From the IMG/VR virus record IMGVR_UViG_3300033463_006479, positions 32,001 to 96,000 of that record: a stretch of DNA of 64,000 bases, one strand, 5' to 3'. Below are positions 1-10,366 of this stretch, piece after piece. The notes under the pieces are model-generated. The model ran no database searches, had not been told where the DNA came from, and saw only the letters and a program-made list of their open reading frames with translations. The position numbers and the translations under genes were made by a program. The stretch's first letter is position 1. Each line of letters opens with the position of its first letter. This DNA is from a virus. Its lineage: Duplodnaviria > Caudoviricetes.

Positions 1-739
1 AATCAAAAAACATAAACTCCATATCTTTGACATTTGTTACATTCCATTTTGAAATATCACCATTGAAGTATGATTGGTTGAACATATATGACATATCTTC
101 AGCATTTGAAACATTCCAGTTTGAAATGTTGACGTTGAATTTTGATGACATAAACATTCCTCCCATTTTTTTAACATTCGAAACATCCCATCTGGAAATA
201 TCGCCGTTAAAATTGGAGTGCATAAACATATCCTCCATACTGGCAACATTGCTGACATCCCATTTGGAAATGTCCCCGTTGAATTTTGCACCAGCAAACA
301 TACCATACATATTTTTCACATTTGAAACATCCCATTCTGATATGCTCCCTTTGAAATTTGAATATGCGAACATATCCCGCATACTTTCAACGCTTGACAC
401 ATCCCATTTTGATATGTCCCCATTAAACCTTGTGCTGTTGAACATACAATACATATTTTTCACATTTGAAACATCCCAGTAATATATGTCGCCATTAAAA
501 AGTTTAAGATTGTCGCTCATTCTAAACAAGTTTGACATATTTGTTATTGCAGAAACGTCAATGTCGTTGAGGTCGCAGCGATATCCTTTTTCGTTTATGC
601 GTTCCTCTATTATGTCGGCAAGTTCAGTCACGGTACTCGGATGGTGTGTGTATATGACAAGACCAGACAACCTCGTTCTTGTAACTGGGCGTATATTCAG
701 TTTCTCGTTTATATATTCATTTGTGCCAAGTATTCTCAT
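1..739 (-). CDS. Tagged DUF285/BspA-like repeat protein (3' end runs off the window)
   Basis: Translated by hand from ATG at 739: MRILGTNEYINEKLNIRPVTRTRL...CDLNDIDVS...FNGDI.WDVSNV repeats; absent from the ORF track because it is truncated. Confidence 0.85.
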   Translation of the reverse strand, partial: MRILGTNEYINEKLNIRPVTRTRLSGLVIYTHHPSTVTELADIIEERINEKGYRCDLNDIDVSAITNMSNLFRMSDNLKLFNGDIYYWDVSNVKNMYCMFNSTRFNGDISKWDVSSVESMRDMFAYSNFKGSISEWDVSNVKNMYGMFAGAKFNGDISKWDVSNVASMEDMFMHSNFNGDISRWDVSNVKKMGGMFMSSKFNVNISNWNVSNAEDMSYMFNQSYFNGDISKWNVTNVKDMEFMFFD

Positions 740-746
740 AACGCCA

Positions 747-1616
747 TTATAATGTTCTGATTAAATCCTTATACCATTCTGGCGGGGTATTCCATAACGG
801 AGAATCATCAAACATATCCAGACATCTTTTCAGACTTAACGGTTTCCATTTAGATAGGTCTCCGCTGAAATGCGACTTGTAAAACATACAATACATATCC
901 ACAACACTTGAAACATCCCAGTCTGATATATCTCCATTGAAGTCCGAGGACTCAAACATATGCCGCATATTCTTAACTTTTGACACATCCCATTTTGATA
1001 TGTCCCCGTTGAAATCTGCGTCATTGAACATTTCCCTCATATCTTCAACATTACCCACATCCCATTTGGAAATGTCGCCATTGAATTTGCTTCTGCGAAA
1101 CATATAACTCATATTAACAACTTTGCCGACATTCCACTTTGAAATGTCGCCATTGAATTTAGACCAATTAAACATAGTGCTCATATCTGTTACATTTGAC
1201 ACATCCCAGTCTGATATGTCCCCGTTGAACGCTGAATTGCTGAACATACTATGCATATTCGTAACATTGCGCACATCCCATTTTGACAAGTCGCCGTTAA
1301 ATGTGCTGTTGTCGTTGAACATACTTACCATAGTTTTTACATTGGAAACATCCCACTCTGACACGTTTCCGTGGAAGTTCGCACCCTCAAACATATAGTC
1401 CATATCCTCAATAAGCGAAACATCAATGTCGTTGAGGTCGCAATCACGGCCAACTTCTTTTATTCTCTTGAATATAAGCTGAACAAGCTCGTCCTTTGTT
1501 TTTGGAAAATACTTGTATTTTCCGTATTTCCGCTTGTATTCGGACAGTGTGCTTTTTCCTATTGGCTTGATTGTGAGCTTTTCACTTATGTATTTTTCTG
1601 ATTTCAGTATTTCCAT
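747..1616 (-). CDS. Tagged DUF285/BspA-like repeat protein
   Basis: N-terminal tag, then LNDIDVS cap and 24-aa FNGDISxWDVSNVxxMxxMF repeats. Confidence 0.9.
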   Translation of the reverse strand: MEILKSEKYISEKLTIKPIGKSTLSEYKRKYGKYKYFPKTKDELVQLIFKRIKEVGRDCDLNDIDVSLIEDMDYMFEGANFHGNVSEWDVSNVKTMVSMFNDNSTFNGDLSKWDVRNVTNMHSMFSNSAFNGDISDWDVSNVTDMSTMFNWSKFNGDISKWNVGKVVNMSYMFRRSKFNGDISKWDVGNVEDMREMFNDADFNGDISKWDVSKVKNMRHMFESSDFNGDISDWDVSSVVDMYCMFYKSHFSGDLSKWKPLSLKRCLDMFDDSPLWNTPPEWYKDLIRTL

Positions 1617-1623
1617 AATGCTA

Positions 1624-2502
1624 TTAAAATTTATTCAAAGCCTTGTACCAGTCTGGCTTTATATATTCTGATGGCAAATAGCGAAACATATCATACGACA
1701 TTTGCAGACTTTTTACATTCCATCTGGAAATGTCACGATTGAATTTTTTCGCACCCATAAACATAAAATTCATATTTTCTACATTTGAAACATCCCAATC
1801 TGATATGTTTCCATTAAATTGTGATTCTTTGAACATACCTTCCATATTGGTCACGTTGGAAACATCCCATTTTGAGATATTGCCGTCAAACACAGAAAAC
1901 GCAAACATCCAACTCATATTGTTAACATTGGAAACATTCCATCTGGAAATGTCACCATTGAATTTTTCAGCACCGTAGAACATATAAGTCATATCCAACA
2001 CCTTTGACACATTCCATTTGGATAAGTCCCCGTTGAAATTAGAATTGCAAAACATATGTGTCATATCCATCACGTTCTTGACATCCCATTTTGATATATC
2101 CCCGTTGAACGCAGAATTGGAAAACATCTCACTCATATTTAAAACATTATACACCTTCCATTTTGACAAATCACCGTCAAACTCCTCATTTCCTTTGAAC
2201 ATACCTTCCATATTCCACACATTGGAAACATCCCATTCCGATATGTCGCCATTGAATTTGTCGTAATGTGCCGAAAACAATTTGGACATATCTTCAATAC
2301 GTGAAACATCAATATCGTTGAGGTTGCACTCCCACCCTTCATTTACTATCCTTGTGTAAAGTATTTCATTCAAATCACACCTTGTTTTTGGGAAATACTT
2401 GTACTTTTCAAACTTTCGCTTATAGTCGGACAGCGTGGTTTTCCCTATCGGCTTGATGCCCAGTTTCTCATTAATGTATTCGTTTGTATCAAATATCTTC
2501 AT
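1624..2502 (-). CDS. Tagged DUF285/BspA-like repeat protein
   Basis: Start moved to MKIFDTNEYINEKL (2502) to match paralogs; DUF285 repeats. Confidence 0.9.
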   Translation of the reverse strand: MKIFDTNEYINEKLGIKPIGKTTLSDYKRKFEKYKYFPKTRCDLNEILYTRIVNEGWECNLNDIDVSRIEDMSKLFSAHYDKFNGDISEWDVSNVWNMEGMFKGNEEFDGDLSKWKVYNVLNMSEMFSNSAFNGDISKWDVKNVMDMTHMFCNSNFNGDLSKWNVSKVLDMTYMFYGAEKFNGDISRWNVSNVNNMSWMFAFSVFDGNISKWDVSNVTNMEGMFKESQFNGNISDWDVSNVENMNFMFMGAKKFNRDISRWNVKSLQMSYDMFRYLPSEYIKPDWYKALNKF

Positions 2503-2518
2503 AATGTCATTATAATGT

Positions 2519-4039
2519 TTATGCGAGGCTGTCATACCAATATGGTGCTTTTCCGTCAAGCGGTGAGTTGGTGAACATAAACCCGCTCGGTCTCAAACTC
2601 TTCGTGTTCCATCTGGAAAGGTCGCCATTGAATTTTGAATATGCGAACATACAGTCCATATTGACTACATTGGAAACATCCCAGTCCGATATGCTTCCGT
2701 TGAACACAGAAGCTATGAACATACGCTCCATATTCGTAACACTGGAAACGTCCCAATACGATATGTCCCCGTTGAACTTGGAGTTGGCGAACATAAAGGA
2801 CATATCTTCAACATTGGAAACATTCCATTCTGAAATGTCCCCGTTGAAATTTGAATCGGAGAACATTTCTGCCATATATTTCACATTGCCGACATTCCAC
2901 TTTGAAATGTCGCCGTTGAAATTTGACTTTTTGAACATACCGTTCATATTGAAAACACTTGAAACATCCCATCTGGAAATGTCGCCTTGAAATGCCGATT
3001 CAACAAACATCTCTTTCATATTTTCAACTTTGCTGACATCCCATTTTGAAATGTCGCCATTGAAAACCGAATCCTCAAACATATTGTTCATTGCAATAAC
3101 TTTGCCGACATCCCATTTGGAAATGTCACCGTTAAATTTAGACCAGTTGAACATATACGCCATATCTGTTACATTGGAAACGTCCCAGTCCGAGATATTT
3201 TTGTTGAATGACGAATGGCAGAACATCGACCCCATATCCGTAACATTGGAAACATTCCATTTGGAAATATCTCCGTTGAAATATGAACGATAAAACATTC
3301 TATGCATATTTCTGACATTGCTGACATCCCATTCGGATATGTCGCCTTGGAATGTTGTGTTTCTGAACAATTCCACCATTTCGTAAATCATCGAAACATC
3401 AATGTCGTTGAGGTTGCAGAATATGCCTTCTTTCTGTATTCTTTTGTGTATTATGTCCTTCAGCTCTTCTTTCGTTTTCGGAAAATACTTATACTTTCCG
3501 TATTTCCCTTTGTAATCTGAAAGCGTTGTTTTGCTTATCGGCTTGATTATGAGCTTTTCATTCAAGCGTTTTGTGCGTTTCCACACAAATTTGCTGTTGC
3601 CGAGTGTGTAACCCCTTTTGAAAAAATCCAATGTCAGTGGTGTTTGAATTATGTTCGGCCTCATTATGCCACTGATGTGATAGTCTTTGTCAAATGTGGC
3701 GAAAAGATTGTCATTAAATATGCTTGCGTTCATATATTCGAATTTCTTTGAACTATTGTCATAATAAACAAGAAACCCGTCAAGAATAAGGTCTTTGTCG
3801 CCAACAAGTATAAGTTCAAGGCCGCTTAATGATTCGTAGTATTCATTGTATTCCACAACATCCTCATAGGATATGTATGTCAATATGCCAAAAGTGCCTT
3901 TCTGTTTGTTTATTATCACACCATCCCCGCTTTTCAGCATACGCTTCGGCGGATTGCCCAACGTGGAAAGCCTTGTCTTTGTAACTGGCTTTATATCCAA
4001 TTTTTCGTCTATGTATTTGTTTGAATCAAGTATTCTCAT
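2519..4039 (-). CDS. Two-module protein: tag + unknown domain X + internal tag + DUF285 repeats
   Basis: LKSGDGV domain, then internal RLNEKLIIKPISKTTL, then DUF285 repeats. Confidence 0.9.
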   Translation of the reverse strand: MRILDSNKYIDEKLDIKPVTKTRLSTLGNPPKRMLKSGDGVIINKQKGTFGILTYISYEDVVEYNEYYESLSGLELILVGDKDLILDGFLVYYDNSSKKFEYMNASIFNDNLFATFDKDYHISGIMRPNIIQTPLTLDFFKRGYTLGNSKFVWKRTKRLNEKLIIKPISKTTLSDYKGKYGKYKYFPKTKEELKDIIHKRIQKEGIFCNLNDIDVSMIYEMVELFRNTTFQGDISEWDVSNVRNMHRMFYRSYFNGDISKWNVSNVTDMGSMFCHSSFNKNISDWDVSNVTDMAYMFNWSKFNGDISKWDVGKVIAMNNMFEDSVFNGDISKWDVSKVENMKEMFVESAFQGDISRWDVSSVFNMNGMFKKSNFNGDISKWNVGNVKYMAEMFSDSNFNGDISEWNVSNVEDMSFMFANSKFNGDISYWDVSSVTNMERMFIASVFNGSISDWDVSNVVNMDCMFAYSKFNGDLSRWNTKSLRPSGFMFTNSPLDGKAPYWYDSLA

Positions 4040-4053
4040 AATTCATTTATAGT

Positions 4054-4809
4054 TTAACATTTTATTCCACCAGCAATACCGCTTGGTGTTACTTCTGGCA
4101 AAATCAGATTAGGATTTCGCATACAAATAAGCCTGCCTCTGATTTTGTTCGGCGCACCTTTTATTGATATTAGGTCGTTATCGGAACAATCAAAATCCCC
4201 TCCCACTTCTTGTGGTGCTCCTTCAAGCGATGTCAGTTTGTTGTGGTAACATACAAAATCCCCATTGACAATTTTCGGTGCTCCTTCGAGTGTTGTCAGT
4301 TGGTTTTTGGCACAAATGAAATCCCCGCCAACTATTTGCGGTGCGCCTTCAAGGGAAGTGAGGTTGTTTTCATCACAAAAAAATCCTTTTCCGATTTTAC
4401 TTGTCGCACCTTTAAGCGTTGATAAGTTGCTGTGGCCGCAATAATAATTTCCCATAATGCTTTTTGGGGAATGTTCCAACGATTTAAGCATATTGCTATT
4501 GCAGTTGAAATCCCCTTCTATTTCTTCTGGAACACCATAAAGTGTGGTAAGCCCGATTTTATAACAAGTGAAATCGCCTTCAACACGACCGAACTTTATG
4601 ATTAGTTTCCCGTTATTTACAGCATCAGTGCCAAGAATGACATTATGCTTGCAGTCAAACCGTTTCGTGTTCTCATTCCAGATGAGGTCGTATTTTTCAA
4701 CAAGCTCCCTATTCACCTCAACGCACAAATCACCAAGCCTTGATTTTGAAATCGGCTGGATTGTGAGCTTTTCTGTTATGTATTCTTCTGTCCTTAATAT
4801 CTTTGCCAT
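4054..4809 (-). CDS. Tagged 22-aa leucine-rich-repeat protein
   Basis: FxCxxNxLTSLEGAPxxVGG repeats. Confidence 0.88.
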   Translation of the reverse strand: MAKILRTEEYITEKLTIQPISKSRLGDLCVEVNRELVEKYDLIWNENTKRFDCKHNVILGTDAVNNGKLIIKFGRVEGDFTCYKIGLTTLYGVPEEIEGDFNCNSNMLKSLEHSPKSIMGNYYCGHSNLSTLKGATSKIGKGFFCDENNLTSLEGAPQIVGGDFICAKNQLTTLEGAPKIVNGDFVCYHNKLTSLEGAPQEVGGDFDCSDNDLISIKGAPNKIRGRLICMRNPNLILPEVTPSGIAGGIKC

Positions 4810-4817
4810 ATCTTTTA

Positions 4818-5621
4818 TTAAATATTGAAATCATCAACGCCTTCAATTACATCGCTCAAATTTACTGATTCCATTTTTTCATTATTGTCAATATACCATC
4901 CGCATTTTCTTTTTAAAGAGCCGCCTTTCCACACCATTTTGATATATTGTACTGGATTTCCATATATGTCCTTACTTATGTCTTTGCCGTCTATGGCTTT
5001 TTCATAATTGTATATGCCGTAAAAATAATCAAAAAATCCTTGGTCTGCATATTTATTATAATTAGGCCGAACTATATCCTTTATGAAAAGGACTGTTAGG
5101 TTTTTTATATTGCTGGTGAATATATCTGACTTGCAATCAATAAGTTCACTCAAATTATAAAAAACATATTTCATACCAAGATAAGTTATTGATGTATCCC
5201 AGATTGCAGCAATCGGTGCTATTTCTACGGATTGGTTGCTGCTACAAACAGTAACATTATTTTTGGTAAGTACGCTTATTGCGGAATCATATATGTTTTT
5301 TGGTACTGTTTTTACCCATTCAGATTTATCATTTTTCAAACACCAAGAAGGCTTAAAAACCAAATCAAATTCATTTTTATTGTTACGGGCATAAGCAAGA
5401 GCATATTCATCATAGTTGAACGAAGGATATGCCCATTTCCGTTTACACCAAAGAGCATAGGCCAGAGTGTATATGGTTTCATCAGTAGTTTGAGGACAAT
5501 CAATGTAATTTTCCGCATTGAAAAAATCCTTATACTTTTTGAATCTGTGCAAACGACCTTTATTAACTGGCTTAATTGTAAGTTTTTCAGCAATATAATC
5601 TTCTGTTCTTAATATGTTCAT
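4818..5621 (-). CDS. Tagged protein with unknown domain Y
   Basis: MNILRTEDYIAEKLTIKP; CPxTxxETIYTLAYAL motif shared with two neighbours. Confidence 0.8.
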   Translation of the reverse strand: MNILRTEDYIAEKLTIKPVNKGRLHRFKKYKDFFNAENYIDCPQTTDETIYTLAYALWCKRKWAYPSFNYDEYALAYARNNKNEFDLVFKPSWCLKNDKSEWVKTVPKNIYDSAISVLTKNNVTVCSSNQSVEIAPIAAIWDTSITYLGMKYVFYNLSELIDCKSDIFTSNIKNLTVLFIKDIVRPNYNKYADQGFFDYFYGIYNYEKAIDGKDISKDIYGNPVQYIKMVWKGGSLKRKCGWYIDNNEKMESVNLSDVIEGVDDFNI

Positions 5622-5641
5622 AATACTTAAATTGTTGTTTT

Positions 5642-7351
5642 TCAAATGATTAAGTTGTCAAGTCCATCAACAAAATCAGAGAATTTCACTGGTGTCAATT
5701 TGCCGTCAATCTCCATAAGCAATCCGCTGTCCCTATTCCATATAACTTCCAGATATTTCACATCGTTTCCGTATATGTCCTTGGTCAAATCTTTGGCCAT
5801 TTCACCTTCAAAATATTCCTTGTCCGCATATTTCTGGTATTGCGGACGGACGATACTTTTCAAAAAACGAGCGACAAAATACGACTTGGTATATTTTATG
5901 TAACCGTCATACATACTGAAATCGTCAATTTCATATAAGCTGTGAATAACGTCATTATGCTCATCGTGTATGATACACAGTCCGATTTTGGGGGCAATTT
6001 CCATAAGCCCGCTTGCGGCTTGGCAAACCGCCTCCCCGTTTCTGTAAAGTATGTCAATGGCGGAATCATATATACTCTGGCTTGTTATTTTTTTCGACCA
6101 TTTGCATTTTTCAAGTTTTTCACGTTGAAGCTGCAATCTTATCTCTTCAAATTTCACTCTGATGCCTTTCGGACTGTTTGAGTCATACATTAAATAATAA
6201 TCGTACTTATCAAATTTTGGATTTATCCAAAGGTGTGTGGCAAACAGAGCATTTGCCAAAGCGTATGTCGTTTCATCAAAGGTTTTCGGGCATTCAATGA
6301 AATTGTCCGAATCATAGATGTTGTCATACTTTTTTATTCCGTGCAGGCGTTCCCTGCTGACTGGCCGTATGTTGAGTTTTTCATTCACACTTTCTGAAAC
6401 CTTGTCGGCTGGAACATATTTCTTGTTGTACCTGCTCCATATTGTGGCGGTATCCATATTTTCAACCCACTCTCTGTCATCAAGGCGGTTTATGTAATTC
6501 CTTGTGAGTTCCGATTTCTGGTTCACATCCTTCAATATGTAGTTTACCGTAATGTATTTGCTTGAAAGGTTGTTGTCAAGGTCGGCCACCGAAATTGATA
6601 TGCAACTTGCACCACTATCAATATCTCCTTTTTTGAACAATATGCCTTCCTCCGATGCTTTCATTGTTATCATATATCCATAAGAAAGAAGCAGTTTTTC
6701 GTATTTTTTCAAATCGTCCTTTCCTATGAATACCATTGTGAAACCTTCGTATGTGTTGGTATCAATCAGTCTGTCGCCTATAACAATGTCCCCAGTATGC
6801 AGTTTGTTTTTCGGAAGAATTGTGCGTTTGGCGTTGTCAAGCCTTGCTTTGGTGACTGGCCTTATGTCAAGTTTTTCTTCAACATTTTTTGGTCTTTCCC
6901 AAAGCATATAGCTCCCTTCTGGTGCGATGCCCCTTTTCAAGTATTCCATTGTAAGTGGCTTTGGCAAGTTTTTTCCACGCATTATGCCAAACGCTTCAAT
7001 CCTATTGTCGGATGGGAATTTCAGATTTTCGTCAAACAGACCAGCCTTCAGATATGCAAATGTGTTTTTATTTTTATCGAAACCGATAAAAACGCCATCA
7101 TCCAAACTGCCTTGCGCATCGTGGTAAATGTGGTGTATCCCTTTCCATTTGTAGCAGCCAAGTCGTTTGAACTCATCATATGATATATAGAAAAACGCAG
7201 CAAATCTTTGCTCTATGGTATGCATCATAACCAAATCTCCGTCTTTCAACAGTTTCTTCGGTGACTTTGAAAGATTGTGCAGCATTGTTTTTGAAACTGG
7301 CCTTATGTCAAGTTTCTCGTTCATATAGTCGGTGGTTTTCAATATTCTCAT
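5642..7351 (-). CDS. Three-module protein: tag-X, tag-X, tag-Y
   Basis: Three tag copies (MNEKLDIRPVSK, VEEKLDIRPVTK, VNEKLNIRPVSR) separate the domains. Confidence 0.85.
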   Translation of the reverse strand: MRILKTTDYMNEKLDIRPVSKTMLHNLSKSPKKLLKDGDLVMMHTIEQRFAAFFYISYDEFKRLGCYKWKGIHHIYHDAQGSLDDGVFIGFDKNKNTFAYLKAGLFDENLKFPSDNRIEAFGIMRGKNLPKPLTMEYLKRGIAPEGSYMLWERPKNVEEKLDIRPVTKARLDNAKRTILPKNKLHTGDIVIGDRLIDTNTYEGFTMVFIGKDDLKKYEKLLLSYGYMITMKASEEGILFKKGDIDSGASCISISVADLDNNLSSKYITVNYILKDVNQKSELTRNYINRLDDREWVENMDTATIWSRYNKKYVPADKVSESVNEKLNIRPVSRERLHGIKKYDNIYDSDNFIECPKTFDETTYALANALFATHLWINPKFDKYDYYLMYDSNSPKGIRVKFEEIRLQLQREKLEKCKWSKKITSQSIYDSAIDILYRNGEAVCQAASGLMEIAPKIGLCIIHDEHNDVIHSLYEIDDFSMYDGYIKYTKSYFVARFLKSIVRPQYQKYADKEYFEGEMAKDLTKDIYGNDVKYLEVIWNRDSGLLMEIDGKLTPVKFSDFVDGLDNLII

Positions 7352-8127
7352 AGCGGTTTCCAAATGTTTAAATTGAATTTGTCTTTCATAAAGTCGGAGA
7401 ATTTAAGACAGACTTTCGTTCCAATGCTGTCATTGGCGATATAATAAAGATGCCCGTCATCGTTCACGTCCCAATCCACTGCGAAATACAATATTTCATT
7501 TCCTTTCAAGTCGGTGTTTATATGGTATTTTTTGTTTGCGTAGTTCTGGTATTTTGGAAGAAGCAGGTCTTTTCTTATATATGCCGTGAAATGCTTTATT
7601 TTCTTTTTTATATATTCTTCAAGTTCTTTGATTTCAGAATCGTCAAACAGAAATACTTCAGTATGTGATTTTGCATCATCCCAACCTTTTTGTATCATTT
7701 CAAACCCAATCTTCGGTAAAATCTTGATGAGGTTTGTCTTTTTGTCAAGCCCCATTATTTCGCCGTGGTTTGACAGAACACCAAGTGCGGAGTCGTATGT
7801 GCTTTTGTCTGCTATGTCCTTCACCCAGTCATAAACTGTAACTGTGCTCATCAAATACTTTTCATAAAAAAGAAAGGGTATTGTGTTGGTGCTTGTATAT
7901 CGTATGCAGTATTTGTATTTCTCAAAATTCGGTTTTCTCCAGTATCTTTGCGCAAACAGCGTGTATGCCAGAGTGTATATGGTTTCCTCCATTGTGGTAG
8001 GGCACGTCTTGTAGTTGTCCGCATTGTAGAACTCCCTATACTTCCTTATGTCGGTAAGGCGTGCCCTTGTTATCGGCTTGATGTCCAGTTTCTCGTTTAT
8101 GTATCGGTTTGAATCAAGTATTCTCAT
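7348..8127 (-). CDS. Tagged protein with unknown domain Y
   Basis: MRILDSNRYINEKLDIKP; CPTTMEETIYTLAYTLF. Confidence 0.8.
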   Translation of the reverse strand: MRILDSNRYINEKLDIKPITRARLTDIRKYREFYNADNYKTCPTTMEETIYTLAYTLFAQRYWRKPNFEKYKYCIRYTSTNTIPFLFYEKYLMSTVTVYDWVKDIADKSTYDSALGVLSNHGEIMGLDKKTNLIKILPKIGFEMIQKGWDDAKSHTEVFLFDDSEIKELEEYIKKKIKHFTAYIRKDLLLPKYQNYANKKYHINTDLKGNEILYFAVDWDVNDDGHLYYIANDSIGTKVCLKFSDFMKDKFNLNIWKPL

Positions 8128-8146
8128 AAGCATAATTGTTCACCTA

Positions 8147-8158
8147 TATTTATAAATA
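8147..8158. promoter_or_regulatory. Overlapping bidirectional T4-type late promoter (TATTTATAAATA)
   Basis: TATAAATA on both strands between divergent genes. Confidence 0.7.
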
Positions 8159-8198
8159 GGATGTGGCTGTTTAATCAATTTTTTTATTATATTATTGT

Positions 8199-10178
8199 AT
8201 GAAATTGCGTGAGATAGACATATCCGACAAACAGCAGGTGCTTGGTTTTTTTGTGTCAGAGCCAAACCCAGACAAGAACGGCAGAATGAAACGTGAGGAA
8301 ACATTCGCAAGGCTGTTTCCAGAACTTTATTCCGAGTTCAAGGTTTTTGTTTTTTCTGCTGACTTGGCCACCTCAACATTCGTTCAAAGGTTATGGCATT
8401 TCTTGCATAATGATAACGGAAATCTTGGCATTTGTCCAGTGTGCGGAAAACGCACGAAGTTTCAGTCGTTCACACTCGGATACCTTACATATTGCTCGTC
8501 AAAATGCGCCAATGCTTGTAATGACAAAAAAGATAAAGTTGCAAAATCGTGGATTGACAGATACGGGGGTGTGGGCTATGCTTCAGATAAAACGCAAGAA
8601 AAAATAAAGGCCACAATGCTTGAACGATATGGCGTTGAGTATTCGTCACAGAATGAAGCCATAAAACAGAAAATCATTGATTCGGAAACAAGAAATTTTG
8701 GCGGTGTCGGATTCGCATCCAAAAAGATTACAGACAAGTTCAAAGGCACTATGCTTGAACGATACGGAGTTGAATGGGCTTCGCAATCCGATGAGGTTAC
8801 GGAACGCAAGCGTATGAAAAAGATTTCTGGCAGCGACAATATTATAAGGATAACCGATGAGACGTTTGTTCTGAAATGCACAAATCCAGAATGTGAACTG
8901 TGCCAAGACAAACAATTTGAAATAAGCAGGAAAACATATCTGGCAAGGTTATCAAGAGGCAATGAACTGTGCACCATATTGAATCCGACAAAGACCATAG
9001 GCAAAGGGACAAGCGATTCCGAACAAAGTCTGTTCAAGTTCATCAAATCCATATATGGCGGAAAAATAATACAGAACGACAGAACCGCACTTGACGGAAT
9101 GGAGATTGACATATACCTGCCAGAGATAAATCTCGGTTTTGAGTTCAATGGGGATTACTGGCATCTGAATCCAAGAATATATGGTATGGATGATTGTGTG
9201 TTTGACCGAAACGCAAAGGATGTGTGGGAACGCATTATGCGAAAAGAATATGCGGCCAACAAGAAAGGCATAACTCTTGTTGAGGTGTGGGAAAATGACT
9301 GGTCTGGAAAATGCGATGAGGTGAAATCGCATATTTCAGATTTTGTGTCATATCCGACATTCAGTCCATCACCATATTATATATTGAAGGAGTTCCTTGA
9401 TTCTCTGCCAGCCAGATATGATGAATCGGAGTTCGGGCATTTTTCGTTCAAAGAGGCCGACATTATATATTCAAACGCATTTTACTTTAACAAAGGCACA
9501 GTACATTCGCACATAAAGTCGGAACAAGAAAAACGTACAATATATGTGTATGACTTTGAGATTAAGGACAATCGAAAATTTGATATTCTGAAAAGTCTCA
9601 TAGGGCACGCACTCGGACTGACGGAAAACAAGATATTTGCAAGAAAGTGCGAATTGAGGGAAATCACAAACACGGAATCCAGAAAGTTCCTTGATGAGAA
9701 CTCTTTGTTCGGGCATAGGGATGCCAATGTGGTGCTTGGCCTTTTTCATAATGGCGAGCTTGTTATGGTTTATAGTTTCGGCCACAACTATTATGGACGG
9801 AAAGACCATATAGAGATTATACGTGTCTGCACAAAGAAGAACACGGTTGTTGTTGGCGGTTCGTCAAAATGCTTGAAATACTTTATGGAGAAATATGGCG
9901 GTGATATCGGTTGCCGCAAAATCATATTCTATGTGGATAGAATACACAATGACGGAAAATCGCTAAAAGGATTCAAATTCTTGAAGCACGAATACGGTGT
10001 TATGAACTACTGGCTGGAAGATTATGTCGGGGATGGGTTTGTCGGTATGGCTGGCACTGCATTCAACAGAATGCCGTCAAAGCACGAAATTATCAAAAAA
10101 CTGACAAAACTCGGAAAAATCGTTCCGATTGAAACTCTTGGCGTTGATGTGTACGAATACGCAAAACCAACAGAGTAA
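8199..10178 (+). CDS. Putative homing endonuclease (Zn-finger, ERYGV repeats, Vsr/PD-(D/E)xK-like nuclease, Hef-like C-terminus)
   Basis: CPVCG, TMLERYGVE repeats, EIDIYLPEINLGFEFNGDYWH, FARKCELREI; lies next to the capsid gene. Confidence 0.7.
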   Translation: MKLREIDISDKQQVLGFFVSEPNPDKNGRMKREETFARLFPELYSEFKVFVFSADLATSTFVQRLWHFLHNDNGNLGICPVCGKRTKFQSFTLGYLTYCSSKCANACNDKKDKVAKSWIDRYGGVGYASDKTQEKIKATMLERYGVEYSSQNEAIKQKIIDSETRNFGGVGFASKKITDKFKGTMLERYGVEWASQSDEVTERKRMKKISGSDNIIRITDETFVLKCTNPECELCQDKQFEISRKTYLARLSRGNELCTILNPTKTIGKGTSDSEQSLFKFIKSIYGGKIIQNDRTALDGMEIDIYLPEINLGFEFNGDYWHLNPRIYGMDDCVFDRNAKDVWERIMRKEYAANKKGITLVEVWENDWSGKCDEVKSHISDFVSYPTFSPSPYYILKEFLDSLPARYDESEFGHFSFKEADIIYSNAFYFNKGTVHSHIKSEQEKRTIYVYDFEIKDNRKFDILKSLIGHALGLTENKIFARKCELREITNTESRKFLDENSLFGHRDANVVLGLFHNGELVMVYSFGHNYYGRKDHIEIIRVCTKKNTVVVGGSSKCLKYFMEKYGGDIGCRKIIFYVDRIHNDGKSLKGFKFLKHEYGVMNYWLEDYVGDGFVGMAGTAFNRMPSKHEIIKKLTKLGKIVPIETLGVDVYEYAKPTE

Positions 10179-10259
10179 AATCACAAACATTTAATTTACA
10201 ACAATTTACACATTGTTTTTGACTTTTTGCGGATTTTGAAAAATCCGTAAAAACGCTGT

Positions 10260-10267
10260 TATAAATA
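10260..10267 (+). promoter_or_regulatory. T4-type late promoter for the major capsid gene
   Basis: TATAAATA about 100 nt upstream of ATG; the same motif is at 12226, 17798, 29143, 40669, 41341, 52058, 55431 (+) and 31779, 34551 (-). Confidence 0.8.
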
Positions 10268-10366
10268 TATTAAGCGAAAAACGCTTCAAAACACAAATAG
10301 TCTGTTAAGTTATAGAAGAAAAGAACTTTCATCGACTGTGTTTATTCAAAAATATTTTTAACAACA

